In this document: piece by piece, positions 9,172 through 18,463 of the stretch | How the letters are laid out: each line of letters begins with the position of its first letter | Position numbering within the stretch: the stretch's first letter is position 1 | NCBI GenBank assembly: GCA_040876835.1 | Contig: JBBDOX010000007.1 | Location: forward strand, 7,916-71,915 | From: Candidatus Anderseniibacteriota bacterium | GTDB taxonomy: Bacteria; Patescibacteriota; Andersenbacteria; UBA10190 | Direction of reading: 5' to 3' | Length of the DNA stretch: 64,000 nt | Made by a program: the position numbers and the translations under genes | Notes under the pieces: generated by a model | The model's database searches: none | Told to the model about the DNA's origin: nothing | What the model saw: the letters and a program-made list of their open reading frames with translations, nothing else

Positions 9172-10122
9172 ATGTCTCGACGAGTTATAATCATCCTTCT
9201 CGGCATCCTAATCTTGGGAGTTATAGGCGGTACTATCTATCTGGTTGTGCAGCGCTTGAGCGACCCAGGGGAGTCAACTATAGCAACACCGGGATCTGGT
9301 TCACTTCAGGAATCTGGTAGTGGCAGCCAGCAGATTGTTGATCCGACCGGAGATGATGACAACGACGGGCTTACAAACGCAGATGAAGCCCTGTGGGGCA
9401 CCGCCCGGACTAATCCCGACACTGACGGAGATGGATTCCTAGACGGGGATGAGGTGGCGGCCAATCACAATCCAACCATCGCGGGACCCAACGATATTCT
9501 CCCGCCTGATTTTCAGTTAGGTAAAGATATTAACCCCATTGAAGGCACCCCCGATGAGCCCCTCGCCGTTGCACAATTCTTCGTGAATAACCTAGACCTT
9601 TCAGGACCAAAGGAAAATGTAACTGAAGCTTATCAAAGAGCTTACCCGCCGGATCAGCGAACTCCCGAGACATTAAAACAATATGTAAATGAGCAACCGA
9701 TTGTGACTCAGCTACCCGCAGCAACCAGTAATGCCCTGCGACTGGTTAACACCCCCCTCCAACAAACCACCTACCTCTCTACTGCCGATGAAACAGTATC
9801 CTTCTTTTCGAACCAACCGCTTTTTCAATCAGTCATTAACGACCTATTCGGTAAAAATAATACTTCAAGCGTAGAAGGGCTAGCACTAATGGCCCGGATT
9901 CAGCAGGAAGCTCTCATCACGACGGCTGTTCCCCCTGAAGCAGAGAACCTTCACCGCCTCCTGCTGGGATATACCGAACTGTTGGCAGCCACGTTTGATC
10001 AAATGGCCCAATACAACACTGACCGGGTACGGGCTGTGCTGGCAATACGCCAGTGGGAGCAAGCAGATGCTCGATATATCCCTCTCATAAATCAAGAATT
10101 CGATCGCCTGAATACACGTTAA
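9172..10122 (+). CDS. Membrane-anchored protein with Ca-binding DxDxDG (TSP3-like) repeats and helical C-domain
   Basis: TM helix; DDDNDGLTNADE...NPDTDGDGFLDGDEV; paralog of 12333..13211. Confidence 0.7.
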   Translation: MSRRVIIILLGILILGVIGGTIYLVVQRLSDPGESTIATPGSGSLQESGSGSQQIVDPTGDDDNDGLTNADEALWGTARTNPDTDGDGFLDGDEVAANHNPTIAGPNDILPPDFQLGKDINPIEGTPDEPLAVAQFFVNNLDLSGPKENVTEAYQRAYPPDQRTPETLKQYVNEQPIVTQLPAATSNALRLVNTPLQQTTYLSTADETVSFFSNQPLFQSVINDLFGKNNTSSVEGLALMARIQQEALITTAVPPEAENLHRLLLGYTELLAATFDQMAQYNTDRVRAVLAIRQWEQADARYIPLINQEFDRLNTR

Positions 10123-10131
10123 GGTAATGCG

Positions 10132-11382
10132 ATGATGCCGTATAAGTCATTCCTAGGCATTCTGCTTCTTCTCTCGGGCGCAGCGTTTGCTTACGCAGCT
10201 GATACGGCTACTATACCGCTACCAACCAACACGCACTATGACGCATACATAAGTGCCCGGATTTACGAGAATCCGTTTTCCACTGACCCCACTCAAAGAG
10301 GTCAGGGGCAGGTCAAAGCTGAAACTGATGAGCTTCCCGACGTCAGTATTTTTATCATAAACAAGGATACCTGTTTTGAATCTGCCGGAGACCGGCTATC
10401 ATATCGCATCCTGCTACGCAACAATACGGATTTTCCGGCCAGTCAGTTGTTTTTAACTGATATCTTTCCCGCTTCCGCTCGTGTCATCGAATCTGTACCG
10501 ATCGCGCTTAATCCTCCCGGAACAAATCGTCTGGAATGGAATCAACGAGACAGCGTGCTTCCTCCCCGCGGATTCCTGGAATACTTTTTCACCCTTGAAA
10601 CGGGCAGCACAGCTCCTGAATTTACCAACCAGGCCGAAATAGAGTATGTCACAAATTCCTTAAAGCGCGCCTCGACTACTCATAAAATCATTAATACGTG
10701 CGGAGTACCGGATGTTCCGACTCAACCGCTTCCCAATAAACTTGCAGCCATTGTCTGTGATCGAGCAGAATCGCTATGTGTAAACTTTTTTCCTGAGCTG
10801 GGGGCAAATTTCAAGAAAGCCCAAGATCCAATTAATCAAGCCCGGATTTGCTCGCAGCAACAATATCGTGATTCTGAGCTATGTGTACAAAATCTTCCTA
10901 CCCTAGGGGCGCGCTTTAATGAAGCCAAGCCGGTGATTAAACCCGGAGAGTGTCGAGTGCAAGAAGATCTCCAGCACGAATTTGATCCTCTTGCTATCGG
11001 ACCGCCGGTCGAAAGCACGATCTGCGAATCAAATGGGTATCCTGCCTCTGTGTTAGCTTCTGCTCCTGAGCCGATTAAGGCTACCCGTAACGAAATTCGA
11101 CTACCTGATACCAGCGTTCTTGCGCCTGGTGAAAATACAGTAATTAACGAAGCACTAACGCGCGGATCCGCCTGTTCTGGCGCACCCGGCGACCCGTACT
11201 GGGCCTTTGATTGCTCCTGTAGCTGTAACGACCTTCTGTTTGTGCCGGGGGGACGGTCCGAGGGACGTATTCTAAATTGTCAGCTCATCAAACAAATTAA
11301 TCGAGGAGATATCTATACTACTCAACTCGAGTGCCTGGCTGACATTCGTCATAACCAGGCTCCAACACGAACAAACTTATAA
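10132..11382 (+). CDS. Secreted Cys-rich protein with DUF11-like Ig domain
   Basis: Signal peptide (AFAYA), GDRLSYRILLRN...LTDIFP DUF11 pattern, many Cys in the C-half. Confidence 0.6.
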   Translation: MMPYKSFLGILLLLSGAAFAYAADTATIPLPTNTHYDAYISARIYENPFSTDPTQRGQGQVKAETDELPDVSIFIINKDTCFESAGDRLSYRILLRNNTDFPASQLFLTDIFPASARVIESVPIALNPPGTNRLEWNQRDSVLPPRGFLEYFFTLETGSTAPEFTNQAEIEYVTNSLKRASTTHKIINTCGVPDVPTQPLPNKLAAIVCDRAESLCVNFFPELGANFKKAQDPINQARICSQQQYRDSELCVQNLPTLGARFNEAKPVIKPGECRVQEDLQHEFDPLAIGPPVESTICESNGYPASVLASAPEPIKATRNEIRLPDTSVLAPGENTVINEALTRGSACSGAPGDPYWAFDCSCSCNDLLFVPGGRSEGRILNCQLIKQINRGDIYTTQLECLADIRHNQAPTRTNL

Positions 11383-11387
11383 CGTAA

Positions 11388-11413
11388 GAAAAAACCGCAT
11401 CCAAGAATGCGGG
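11388..11413 (-). terminator. Intrinsic terminator of the 11445..12200 gene
   Basis: CCGCAT/ATGCGG stem with an A-run on its left (U-tract on the minus strand). Confidence 0.55.
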
Positions 11414-11444
11414 TGTGCGCTGCTGTGCTTCCTCTAAGGATGAG

Positions 11445-12200
11445 TCAGCGTCGCTGCGCGGTGCGAGCTACCTGGGTGAACTGCTTATTGGCCGGATCGA
11501 ATCCCACCATCACAGCCACCCGAGCCGGGCCTCGCACTTGTCCACTAAGCGTCGTCAGGCGAAGAGCAACGGTGCCGTCCTTGCCCTCCTCCCACTGAGG
11601 CACGCCCAACAGCAGCGCACCTCCCAAGTAGGGGATTTCGTCCCATTCCTGCTTGGTAGGTGAAAAGGCCAGAATGCCTCGAAACGCCGTGAGCTCTCCC
11701 ATGGGCTCGATGACAGCGAAGTAGTATTCCTGTCCCTCGATTGGCCGCAAGTACATCACCCCGCCCCGCCGACTCGAATTCTCCTTCAGGACGTAGGCAA
11801 GGTCCGAGATCTCAGTGGCGGGTTCGTAGTGGTAGGCGTTAACGCCCGTCACCACGTAGATGCGCGAACCCGACACGAACACTGCTCGCACGGGATCCGG
11901 AAAGCCCCTCAGCTGCCGCCCACCGGGCATCTTCATCAGCTCATGAAGCTGGAGCGGAGCCCGAGCCTGCCGACCAAAACCTGAGCTAGTGCGCAGTTTG
12001 GCCAGATTTTCTGCCTGTTCGCGCTCGGTTTCGGCGCGACCACCCCACGCGCGGATGAGGGTGCAAGTTCCCAGGCTGGTCTTGATCTCGGTGGCCTGAA
12101 ACTTTCCTTCAGCAGGAACGTCGGGCACCTCCGCCAGCAGGGGAACAGAGCAACACAGAAAAAGCGCTGCCGCCAGCACGATTGCAACGAGGATCTTCAT
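11445..12200 (-). CDS. Hypothetical secreted protein, GC-rich orphan inserted antisense in the T4SS-like locus
   Basis: Signal peptide, SD GGAG 6 nt before ATG; two 60-nt lines counted gave 58% and 63% GC, visibly above the neighbouring sequence. Confidence 0.7.
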   Translation of the reverse strand: MKILVAIVLAAALFLCCSVPLLAEVPDVPAEGKFQATEIKTSLGTCTLIRAWGGRAETEREQAENLAKLRTSSGFGRQARAPLQLHELMKMPGGRQLRGFPDPVRAVFVSGSRIYVVTGVNAYHYEPATEISDLAYVLKENSSRRGGVMYLRPIEGQEYYFAVIEPMGELTAFRGILAFSPTKQEWDEIPYLGGALLLGVPQWEEGKDGTVALRLTTLSGQVRGPARVAVMVGFDPANKQFTQVARTAQRR

Positions 12201-12282
12201 TGCGTTCTCCAGGTTTCCAAAGGAACAGGAGCCCTCGTGGCTTAATTACGCCCATCCTTTCTTCTCTCTACTATATAACATA

Positions 12283-12300
12283 TCTCCTGTCAACAGGAGA
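12283..12300. repeat. Perfect 8-bp inverted repeat between divergent genes (possible operator)
   Basis: TCTCCTGT-ca-ACAGGAGA. Confidence 0.5.
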
Positions 12301-12332
12301 AGCAATAGAATATCTCATGGTATGATTCATGA

Positions 12333-13211
12333 ATGAGCACTGCGAACGCTTTAGGAGTGAAGGTTGCCCTTATTACTACGATTGTCGTCCTGGCTATCTT
12401 TGGGATATTTATAGGAGCAAAAAAGCTGTTCTTTACTCCCGTGGAAGAACCAACTTTACCGTCAGTAAATTCTCCTGCAATTGAAGCTGAAGATCGGGAT
12501 AAAGACGGCCTCCCTGACCTCATTGAAAATATCTATAAATCAGACCCGGATAACCCCGACACTGACGGGGATGGTACATTAGATGGAGACGAGATCGCTC
12601 TTCAACGGGATCCGACACTACCCGGCCCGAACGACCAGTTTTCGGTTGATTTCATTACTCAATCAGGCATTTATTCTGATACTTTCACTTCTCGGTATCT
12701 TCAAACTCTCCCTCCGGATGTCTCTCGCCAAAGTATTTTAGATAAAAACCAAGTGGCCGCTTTCGTAGAAGCGAATAAAGGTATCCTCCTGCCGGACGTG
12801 GCTGTCACGATTGTTCCCGGGGAGGGGAAAGAAGTTGTTCAAGCCTACCTGGAAGCGATTTCTGCCACCCATAATACCGCTATAGTGCCTATCACCAGCA
12901 CCGACATTGATACAGCATTTCGACAGCACTACACATTAAATAATCCTGCTCCCTTAGAGGGAATTATCGCGCAACTTGAACAAAACGTAGGGACACTCGA
13001 GAACGTTGCTGCCCCCAGTGAGGTAGAGGAGCTGCATATTCAGCTTGTTTCAGCCTCTCAGGCCCTGCTTAACAACTCACAGCTTCTTCAAGGTATTCAC
13101 GAAGACTTTGTTGGTGGACTCATTGGAGCCCGTAATATAGAGGAGCTTGGTGCCGTATTCCAAGCTACAGCTGAAAAGATTATTGCTCTCGAACAACAGT
13201 ACGAGCTATAG
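12333..13211 (+). CDS. Membrane-anchored protein with DxDxDG (TSP3-like) repeats; paralog of 9172..10122
   Basis: TM; DRDKDGLPDLIE...NPDTDGDGTLDGDEI...PTLPGPND; APSEVEELH vs VPPEAENLH in the paralog. Confidence 0.7.
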   Translation: MSTANALGVKVALITTIVVLAIFGIFIGAKKLFFTPVEEPTLPSVNSPAIEAEDRDKDGLPDLIENIYKSDPDNPDTDGDGTLDGDEIALQRDPTLPGPNDQFSVDFITQSGIYSDTFTSRYLQTLPPDVSRQSILDKNQVAAFVEANKGILLPDVAVTIVPGEGKEVVQAYLEAISATHNTAIVPITSTDIDTAFRQHYTLNNPAPLEGIIAQLEQNVGTLENVAAPSEVEELHIQLVSASQALLNNSQLLQGIHEDFVGGLIGARNIEELGAVFQATAEKIIALEQQYEL

Positions 13212-13261
13212 ATATATCTCGCGAGGAGAGTGTGATATACTATTTTCATATTAGAGGTCGT

Positions 13262-14629
13262 ATGCAAAGCTATTTTCTGACTAGGGGAAACTCTTTTTTA
13301 GTAGGCATTCTTTTTTGCCTCATAGCATTTTTAGTTCCCCGAGCTGCTTTCGCCGACCCTCACGCTCTGTTCTACACCACCGTAGGGCAACAACAACTCT
13401 TCTTTAATACCCTGGCGGCTCTGGATCAGGCTGATTATGTCGAGCCAAATACTAACAGGCAGGAGCTAGTGCAACAACGGACTGCTACCGGATTCAGTGA
13501 AACGTCTGATCCGTCCATCACTGCCACACATACTGATCTGGCAAGTATTTTGACGCGCAGCATTACACTTGAAGGACAGGATCTCTGGACAGCATATATC
13601 CAATACCAGTTCGCCCTCGAGGATTTTCGACGAGATAACACGAGTGCGCTTGTAACATTGTTTTGTGAACGCGGTTTAGGAGTACTTGGCTGTAAACAGG
13701 GAGAAGAGAAGAATCCAAAGAATGCACAGTTGCGATTGGAGGCAGCATACAACAGTAATCCGTTGGCCGAGGAAGAATATAGACGTGACGCCGGCAATGC
13801 CGCTCTAGCTTCGGGTACGGCTGCCGATCAAGCTGACAGACGGGAGATTCTAAAAGGAAGCCCGGTAAATCCTAACGTATACAGACCATATAGCCCTGAT
13901 ATTGCCCAGTTGCGGAGCACTGCAAACACTTCCGAAAAAGCGGCGGCTGTTGATCGTCTCGTCGCGTCGGCAACTAGCTCTGATGGGAGCGTTTCAACAC
14001 TTTTTAAGGGCTTAGAGATTAATGGGGGTAGGGCATCTCTACCGCCGGGAGCTTCTTTAGACGCATACATGAGTAAAATGTCTGCCGCCATTAGCGCCCC
14101 CGCTCAAATTGACAACATTCGAGACCGAGCTGAGGCTAAGGCTAAAACTGTAAATGAAGAAGTCAATGTCGATGGAGCCTTAGCTGATGTCAGACCTAAG
14201 TTAAATGTTTACAGAGGAACAATCGGTACGATTGACAAGCAAATTGTCAGCCCGGCCTGGAACAAAAAGGCGGAAGGTGAGCAAGCAGTTGCAGCTGCCG
14301 CTGTCACAGAAACCAACTCTATTTATACTGATCCAAACACTGGCGCCGCAAGAGATCAGCGTCTTGTCAAGGAGGGTGAGCGCAGTGGTGTTGCCGGAGC
14401 TACCACGGATAAAACAATAGCAACGGGACAGGTATTAGCCGCTACCGACTTTCCCGACCCTACTCCTCAACCAAGAACACCCATAAATGACCCCGCTGCC
14501 TTTTTCCACGAAGTACCGATAAAACGTTTTTACTCTCTAAACCGAGGCGGAAATCAACGGGGGGGCTGCCAGTGTTCCCTTGATGGAATTGTTAGTGGTT
14601 TCGGGAACGATATTCTTAACAATCCGTGA
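13262..14629 (+). CDS. Secreted hypothetical protein in the T4SS-like operon
   Basis: Signal peptide ending AAFA; stop overlaps the next start (GTGA). Confidence 0.65.
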   Translation: MQSYFLTRGNSFLVGILFCLIAFLVPRAAFADPHALFYTTVGQQQLFFNTLAALDQADYVEPNTNRQELVQQRTATGFSETSDPSITATHTDLASILTRSITLEGQDLWTAYIQYQFALEDFRRDNTSALVTLFCERGLGVLGCKQGEEKNPKNAQLRLEAAYNSNPLAEEEYRRDAGNAALASGTAADQADRREILKGSPVNPNVYRPYSPDIAQLRSTANTSEKAAAVDRLVASATSSDGSVSTLFKGLEINGGRASLPPGASLDAYMSKMSAAISAPAQIDNIRDRAEAKAKTVNEEVNVDGALADVRPKLNVYRGTIGTIDKQIVSPAWNKKAEGEQAVAAAAVTETNSIYTDPNTGAARDQRLVKEGERSGVAGATTDKTIATGQVLAATDFPDPTPQPRTPINDPAAFFHEVPIKRFYSLNRGGNQRGGCQCSLDGIVSGFGNDILNNP

Positions 14630-16794
14630 TGAGTAGCTCTTTTCTCAAACTCTCAGGAGTAGGCATAGGAACTTTTCTGATACTCGTACTGCCGCTGTAC
14701 GCTGATGCACAAGCAGTGCAAAGAACAAGAGTGGGGGACCTAGAAGCCCCTTTGGAGCTCGGAACAATCACTGGTCAACAGTTGAAAGATAAAGGATGTG
14801 TAGTCAAGGACCGGATTGATGTTGAGGGCGCCTCAACCGCTATAGATCTGGTTGATAGGCCTGTTGGTTGGAGATATGTGTACCCTGCGGATATCAGTGA
14901 CTATATCGACGATAGCATAGGAATTGACTTCGAGCATCCTGTTTTCTTTTTCTGTGAACCAGGGGTAGTAAGTAAAGACCTTGCTCCAGACGAAGACGCG
15001 GATGATGGTTGGTTGGGCGAAAAAACTCTTGTTCGCTGGGCAATAATGGAGATAGCTCGAGCTGTTGCCCAAGTTGGTTTATGGGTCCTGGCTTTAGGGG
15101 GCGCTCTTTTGGGCTGGTCTCTAGGTATTAGAAATTACGCCAGCAGCGATATTGTGCAAAATGGCTGGCCTTTTGTTCAAGGCATTGCGAACCTTGGATT
15201 TATTGTTGCCTTATTGGCTATTGCCCTTCTTATGACCTTGCGCATTGAAGTGGGTGGTGGGGTAAAGAGGTTGCTGCCACGCCTATTTATCGCAGCTCTC
15301 CTTATTAACTTTAGTCTTCTGTTTGGAGAAATCATTATTGATAGTACTCGTCTGCTAATGGCAATCATGATGAGGGCGATCACGGGCAGTAGAGGAGTGA
15401 CGTTTGTAAACTTAGGTACAGAGATTGTTCGAGGATCCGACCTTCTTAATGAATTATTTCACATTGGCACTGCTGGCCCCATCCCAGGATTTGCTTGGAA
15501 AGAAACAGTTGCCACTAATGATCAGAATGTGTTGCGTAGCATTCAAGCTGCAATTCTGGTCTGGGCTGTGGCTATTTCCGTTTTCTTTATTGCAGCCGCT
15601 TTAATAGTTCGCTTTATTATTCTTCTCATTTTACTGATCGCCTCTCCGGCCGCTTACTTAGGCATGGCGATTCCAGGAGCTAAACAGTTAACGGACAAAT
15701 GGTGGTCAAACTTTCTTAAGTGGGCCTTCTTCGGACCAATTTCTTTATTCTTCCTCCTTCTTCTTATTCGCACCACGAACTCTAGTATCGTATCAACGGG
15801 GGTAAAACCGGGCGCGCTTGAAGGGGGAATCATTCCGATTATATTCACAGTAGTAATGTCCGTTATTGCAGTTATAGGAGGATTTCAACTAGGCGGCGTG
15901 GGAAGTGCTGCGACTATGAATGCTATTAAAAAAGGTACCGGGAAGATGGGTCGCGGAGCATATATTGCCACGGGTGCCAGGGGTGGGGTGCGGCAAGTTC
16001 GCGACTTTAGTCGTGAACTAAAGAGCGATGTGGCGAAATCAGCTCGCTCCGGAAAGATGTTTGGTGAGGGCAGGGGCCAAGCAGCTCGTAGTTCCGCTTC
16101 CTGGGTAGCTCGCTTTGTTGCCGGTCCAAAACGTAATGCGGATGGCACACTCGCGAAGGGTGAAACATCTATGGGTACACGCGCGGGTAGCGCAATTGCA
16201 CGACGACTTCCAAGCGGCGCCGGGGATAGGGAATCTATTGCTGCAGCAAGAAAAATAGTCAGCAACAAGAGCAGTCGATCAAATCTACGAGAGGCGACCC
16301 GAACCGAAGAAGCTGCTAAGAAAGCTGAGGCAAGTGGTGATACGGCTGGGGCTCAATCTCTGAGAGATCAAGCTCAAGTTCATCGTGATGCAGGGTTAGG
16401 CGCCCTCTTGAAGCAAGCTGGTCTTGATCGCAATAATCCAGCTGATCAGGGCAAGATCATTGCAAAACTTTCAGACAGCAACTTTATCTTGAATGTACCG
16501 CCCGAGGCCTTAAAAGGCTTTATGGAACACGGCACCGATGGGGAGAAAAATGCTGTTGGAGCCGCCCTGGCTACAGCGGATATGTCTGCTGTGACGCCAA
16601 ATAAACGTAAGGAGGTAATTAAAGCTGTTGTTGACTCCGGCAACACGCAAATTCTGAAGACTGTAGTTAACAATGTTGATTTTGTTGAGCATATGGGTGG
16701 AAGCGATAAAGCAAAAGTCTTCCAGCTGGACGACCAAGCACTGACAACACGTCTTGTACGAACTATGCGTACTGCGGAGCAAAGAAAAAAATAG
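14626..16794 (+). CDS. Extended VirB6/TrbL-like polytopic membrane protein
   Basis: GW.FVQGIANLGFI, LPRLFIAALLINFS..IID, ILLILLIASP.AY....PG....KWW..F..WAF; long hydrophilic C-tail; lies upstream of prgI/virB4. Confidence 0.75.
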   Translation: MMSSSFLKLSGVGIGTFLILVLPLYADAQAVQRTRVGDLEAPLELGTITGQQLKDKGCVVKDRIDVEGASTAIDLVDRPVGWRYVYPADISDYIDDSIGIDFEHPVFFFCEPGVVSKDLAPDEDADDGWLGEKTLVRWAIMEIARAVAQVGLWVLALGGALLGWSLGIRNYASSDIVQNGWPFVQGIANLGFIVALLAIALLMTLRIEVGGGVKRLLPRLFIAALLINFSLLFGEIIIDSTRLLMAIMMRAITGSRGVTFVNLGTEIVRGSDLLNELFHIGTAGPIPGFAWKETVATNDQNVLRSIQAAILVWAVAISVFFIAAALIVRFIILLILLIASPAAYLGMAIPGAKQLTDKWWSNFLKWAFFGPISLFFLLLLIRTTNSSIVSTGVKPGALEGGIIPIIFTVVMSVIAVIGGFQLGGVGSAATMNAIKKGTGKMGRGAYIATGARGGVRQVRDFSRELKSDVAKSARSGKMFGEGRGQAARSSASWVARFVAGPKRNADGTLAKGETSMGTRAGSAIARRLPSGAGDRESIAAARKIVSNKSSRSNLREATRTEEAAKKAEASGDTAGAQSLRDQAQVHRDAGLGALLKQAGLDRNNPADQGKIIAKLSDSNFILNVPPEALKGFMEHGTDGEKNAVGAALATADMSAVTPNKRKEVIKAVVDSGNTQILKTVVNNVDFVEHMGGSDKAKVFQLDDQALTTRLVRTMRTAEQRKK

Positions 16795-16797
16795 CCT

Positions 16798-17259
16798 ATG
16801 CTTTTACCTCAGGATCCATACCTTAGTACTCCCGCCGGCTCCATCGCGATAATGACAGATGAAGCGCGAGAAGGAGCGTACATAGAAAAATTGCACGGGC
16901 TCCCTCCGCAATCGTTTGAACTTGCAACTTCGATGAAAACTGGAGCGTTTATACGCGGCGTGGTGAAGCAGTTCAATATTCCCGTTGAACGTTCTCCATT
17001 TGTTGCATTTGCTGTCTTACAAATTCTGGTGAAGGAAAGATCCTTAGCTGGATTGGCGCCCACCCTCTCTTCCACTGCCAACTTCCCACAGCAAATTTCG
17101 CAGCAAGTTGCTCGGGAAATTGAACGGGAGCTGTTTTCATTAATTGGATCGGAGTTATCTCAATCGTCAAACACCCAACAGCGCAACCCCCAAGTTAACC
17201 TGAACAATGTTTTGGATCTTAAACAAGCTCCTCCCAAACCTCCAGAAGTTCCTCGCTAG
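16798..17259 (+). CDS. Hypothetical helical protein of the T4SS-like cluster
   Basis: Tightly packed ORF between the VirB6-like gene and prgI. Confidence 0.6.
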   Translation: MLLPQDPYLSTPAGSIAIMTDEAREGAYIEKLHGLPPQSFELATSMKTGAFIRGVVKQFNIPVERSPFVAFAVLQILVKERSLAGLAPTLSSTANFPQQISQQVAREIERELFSLIGSELSQSSNTQQRNPQVNLNNVLDLKQAPPKPPEVPR

Positions 17260-17268
17260 AAGCAAGGC

Positions 17269-17721
17269 ATGCGCTTTCAAGTACCACAATTCGTATATGT
17301 TGAGGACAAGGTTATAGGACCTTTTACTCTGAAGCAGTTTTTTATGTACATCGGGGCAGCGATGGTGCTTGTCCCTGTATACATTTTCTCCGACCTGTCT
17401 CTCTTTATTACGGTTGCAATTCCGGTGGCCGGCACCGCTGCGGCATTTGCTCACTTTAAGATTAACAACAAAAGCCTGTTTACCGTCATCACGAATGCCC
17501 TGGGATACTACACATCTTCACCGGTTTATGTATGGCAACGTACGAATAAACTGCAGCCTTTGAAAATCACCGACCCGGCGTGGGATGAGATAGCCACCGC
17601 TAGCCAGCTGGGGGAAAAAGCATCCCCCCTAGCCGCACAATTGAGGGCCCTGGAGACGTCAGGTAACGTCGTTAATAGCGATGACGTTGCAGATGCGCTG
17701 GATCCGGAAGCAACCCCATAA
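17269..17721 (+). CDS. prgI: PrgI family (VirB3-like) membrane protein
   Basis: MRFQVPQF..VEDKVIGPFTLKQF signature, two TM helices, P.YVW. Confidence 0.85.
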   Translation: MRFQVPQFVYVEDKVIGPFTLKQFFMYIGAAMVLVPVYIFSDLSLFITVAIPVAGTAAAFAHFKINNKSLFTVITNALGYYTSSPVYVWQRTNKLQPLKITDPAWDEIATASQLGEKASPLAAQLRALETSGNVVNSDDVADALDPEATP

Positions 17722-17745
17722 GCCATGCTATACTAGTCAGACGCT

Positions 17746-18441
17746 ATGGTAGAAGATATGAAGAGCAAGGAAAAGAAAGGAAAGCCGGCTCAGGACTTGG
17801 TGCGGATTTCCGAAATCCGGGAGGGGGTTGTTATCCTCTCAGATGCTGGCATGAGAGCTATTCTCCTAGTTTCATCGGTTAACTTTGCCCTCAAGTCCGA
17901 AGACGAGCAGAATGCCATCATCTATGCGTACCAGGAATTTATTAATTCCCTGGATTTTCCCATCCAGATCAGTATTTCTTCCCGTAAAATGGACATCACC
18001 CCATACCTAGAAGAAGTAAAGCACAAACGAGATACCCAGAAAAATGAACTATTGCGTCTGCAAATGAACGAATACATAGACTTCGTAGGAGGATTAGTAG
18101 AGAACAGCAATATCATGTCAAAAACATTCTTTGTTACGATTTCGTTCTCGGTAGTGCAAAACAAGAAAGAAAACTTTCTAGGCCGTATATTTAAAGGAGT
18201 TAAAAGCGCTACCGGGAAGCACACGTTTAACGACCAGGAATTCGAACATGCCCGTAATCAACTTTTTCAACGAGTAGAGCAGGTAGCTGTAGGCTTGCGT
18301 GGTATTGGACTGCGTGTTGTGCCTTTACAAACCCAGGAACTACTGGAACTTTTTTACAATATGTATAACCCCTCCACTTCTCGCAACCAGCGTCTGCGCG
18401 GTCTGGGAGAGCTTCACATCCAGGAAACCAGTTCCAGCTAG
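17746..18441 (+). CDS. TraC/VirB4 N-terminal-like protein
   Basis: VSSVNFALKSEDEQNAIIYAYQEFINSLDFPIQI, ELLELFYNMYNP; sits between prgI and the ATPase. Confidence 0.75.
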   Translation: MVEDMKSKEKKGKPAQDLVRISEIREGVVILSDAGMRAILLVSSVNFALKSEDEQNAIIYAYQEFINSLDFPIQISISSRKMDITPYLEEVKHKRDTQKNELLRLQMNEYIDFVGGLVENSNIMSKTFFVTISFSVVQNKKENFLGRIFKGVKSATGKHTFNDQEFEHARNQLFQRVEQVAVGLRGIGLRVVPLQTQELLELFYNMYNPSTSRNQRLRGLGELHIQETSSS

Positions 18442-18463
18442 TGTGGTGTGCTATTATTAGCTC

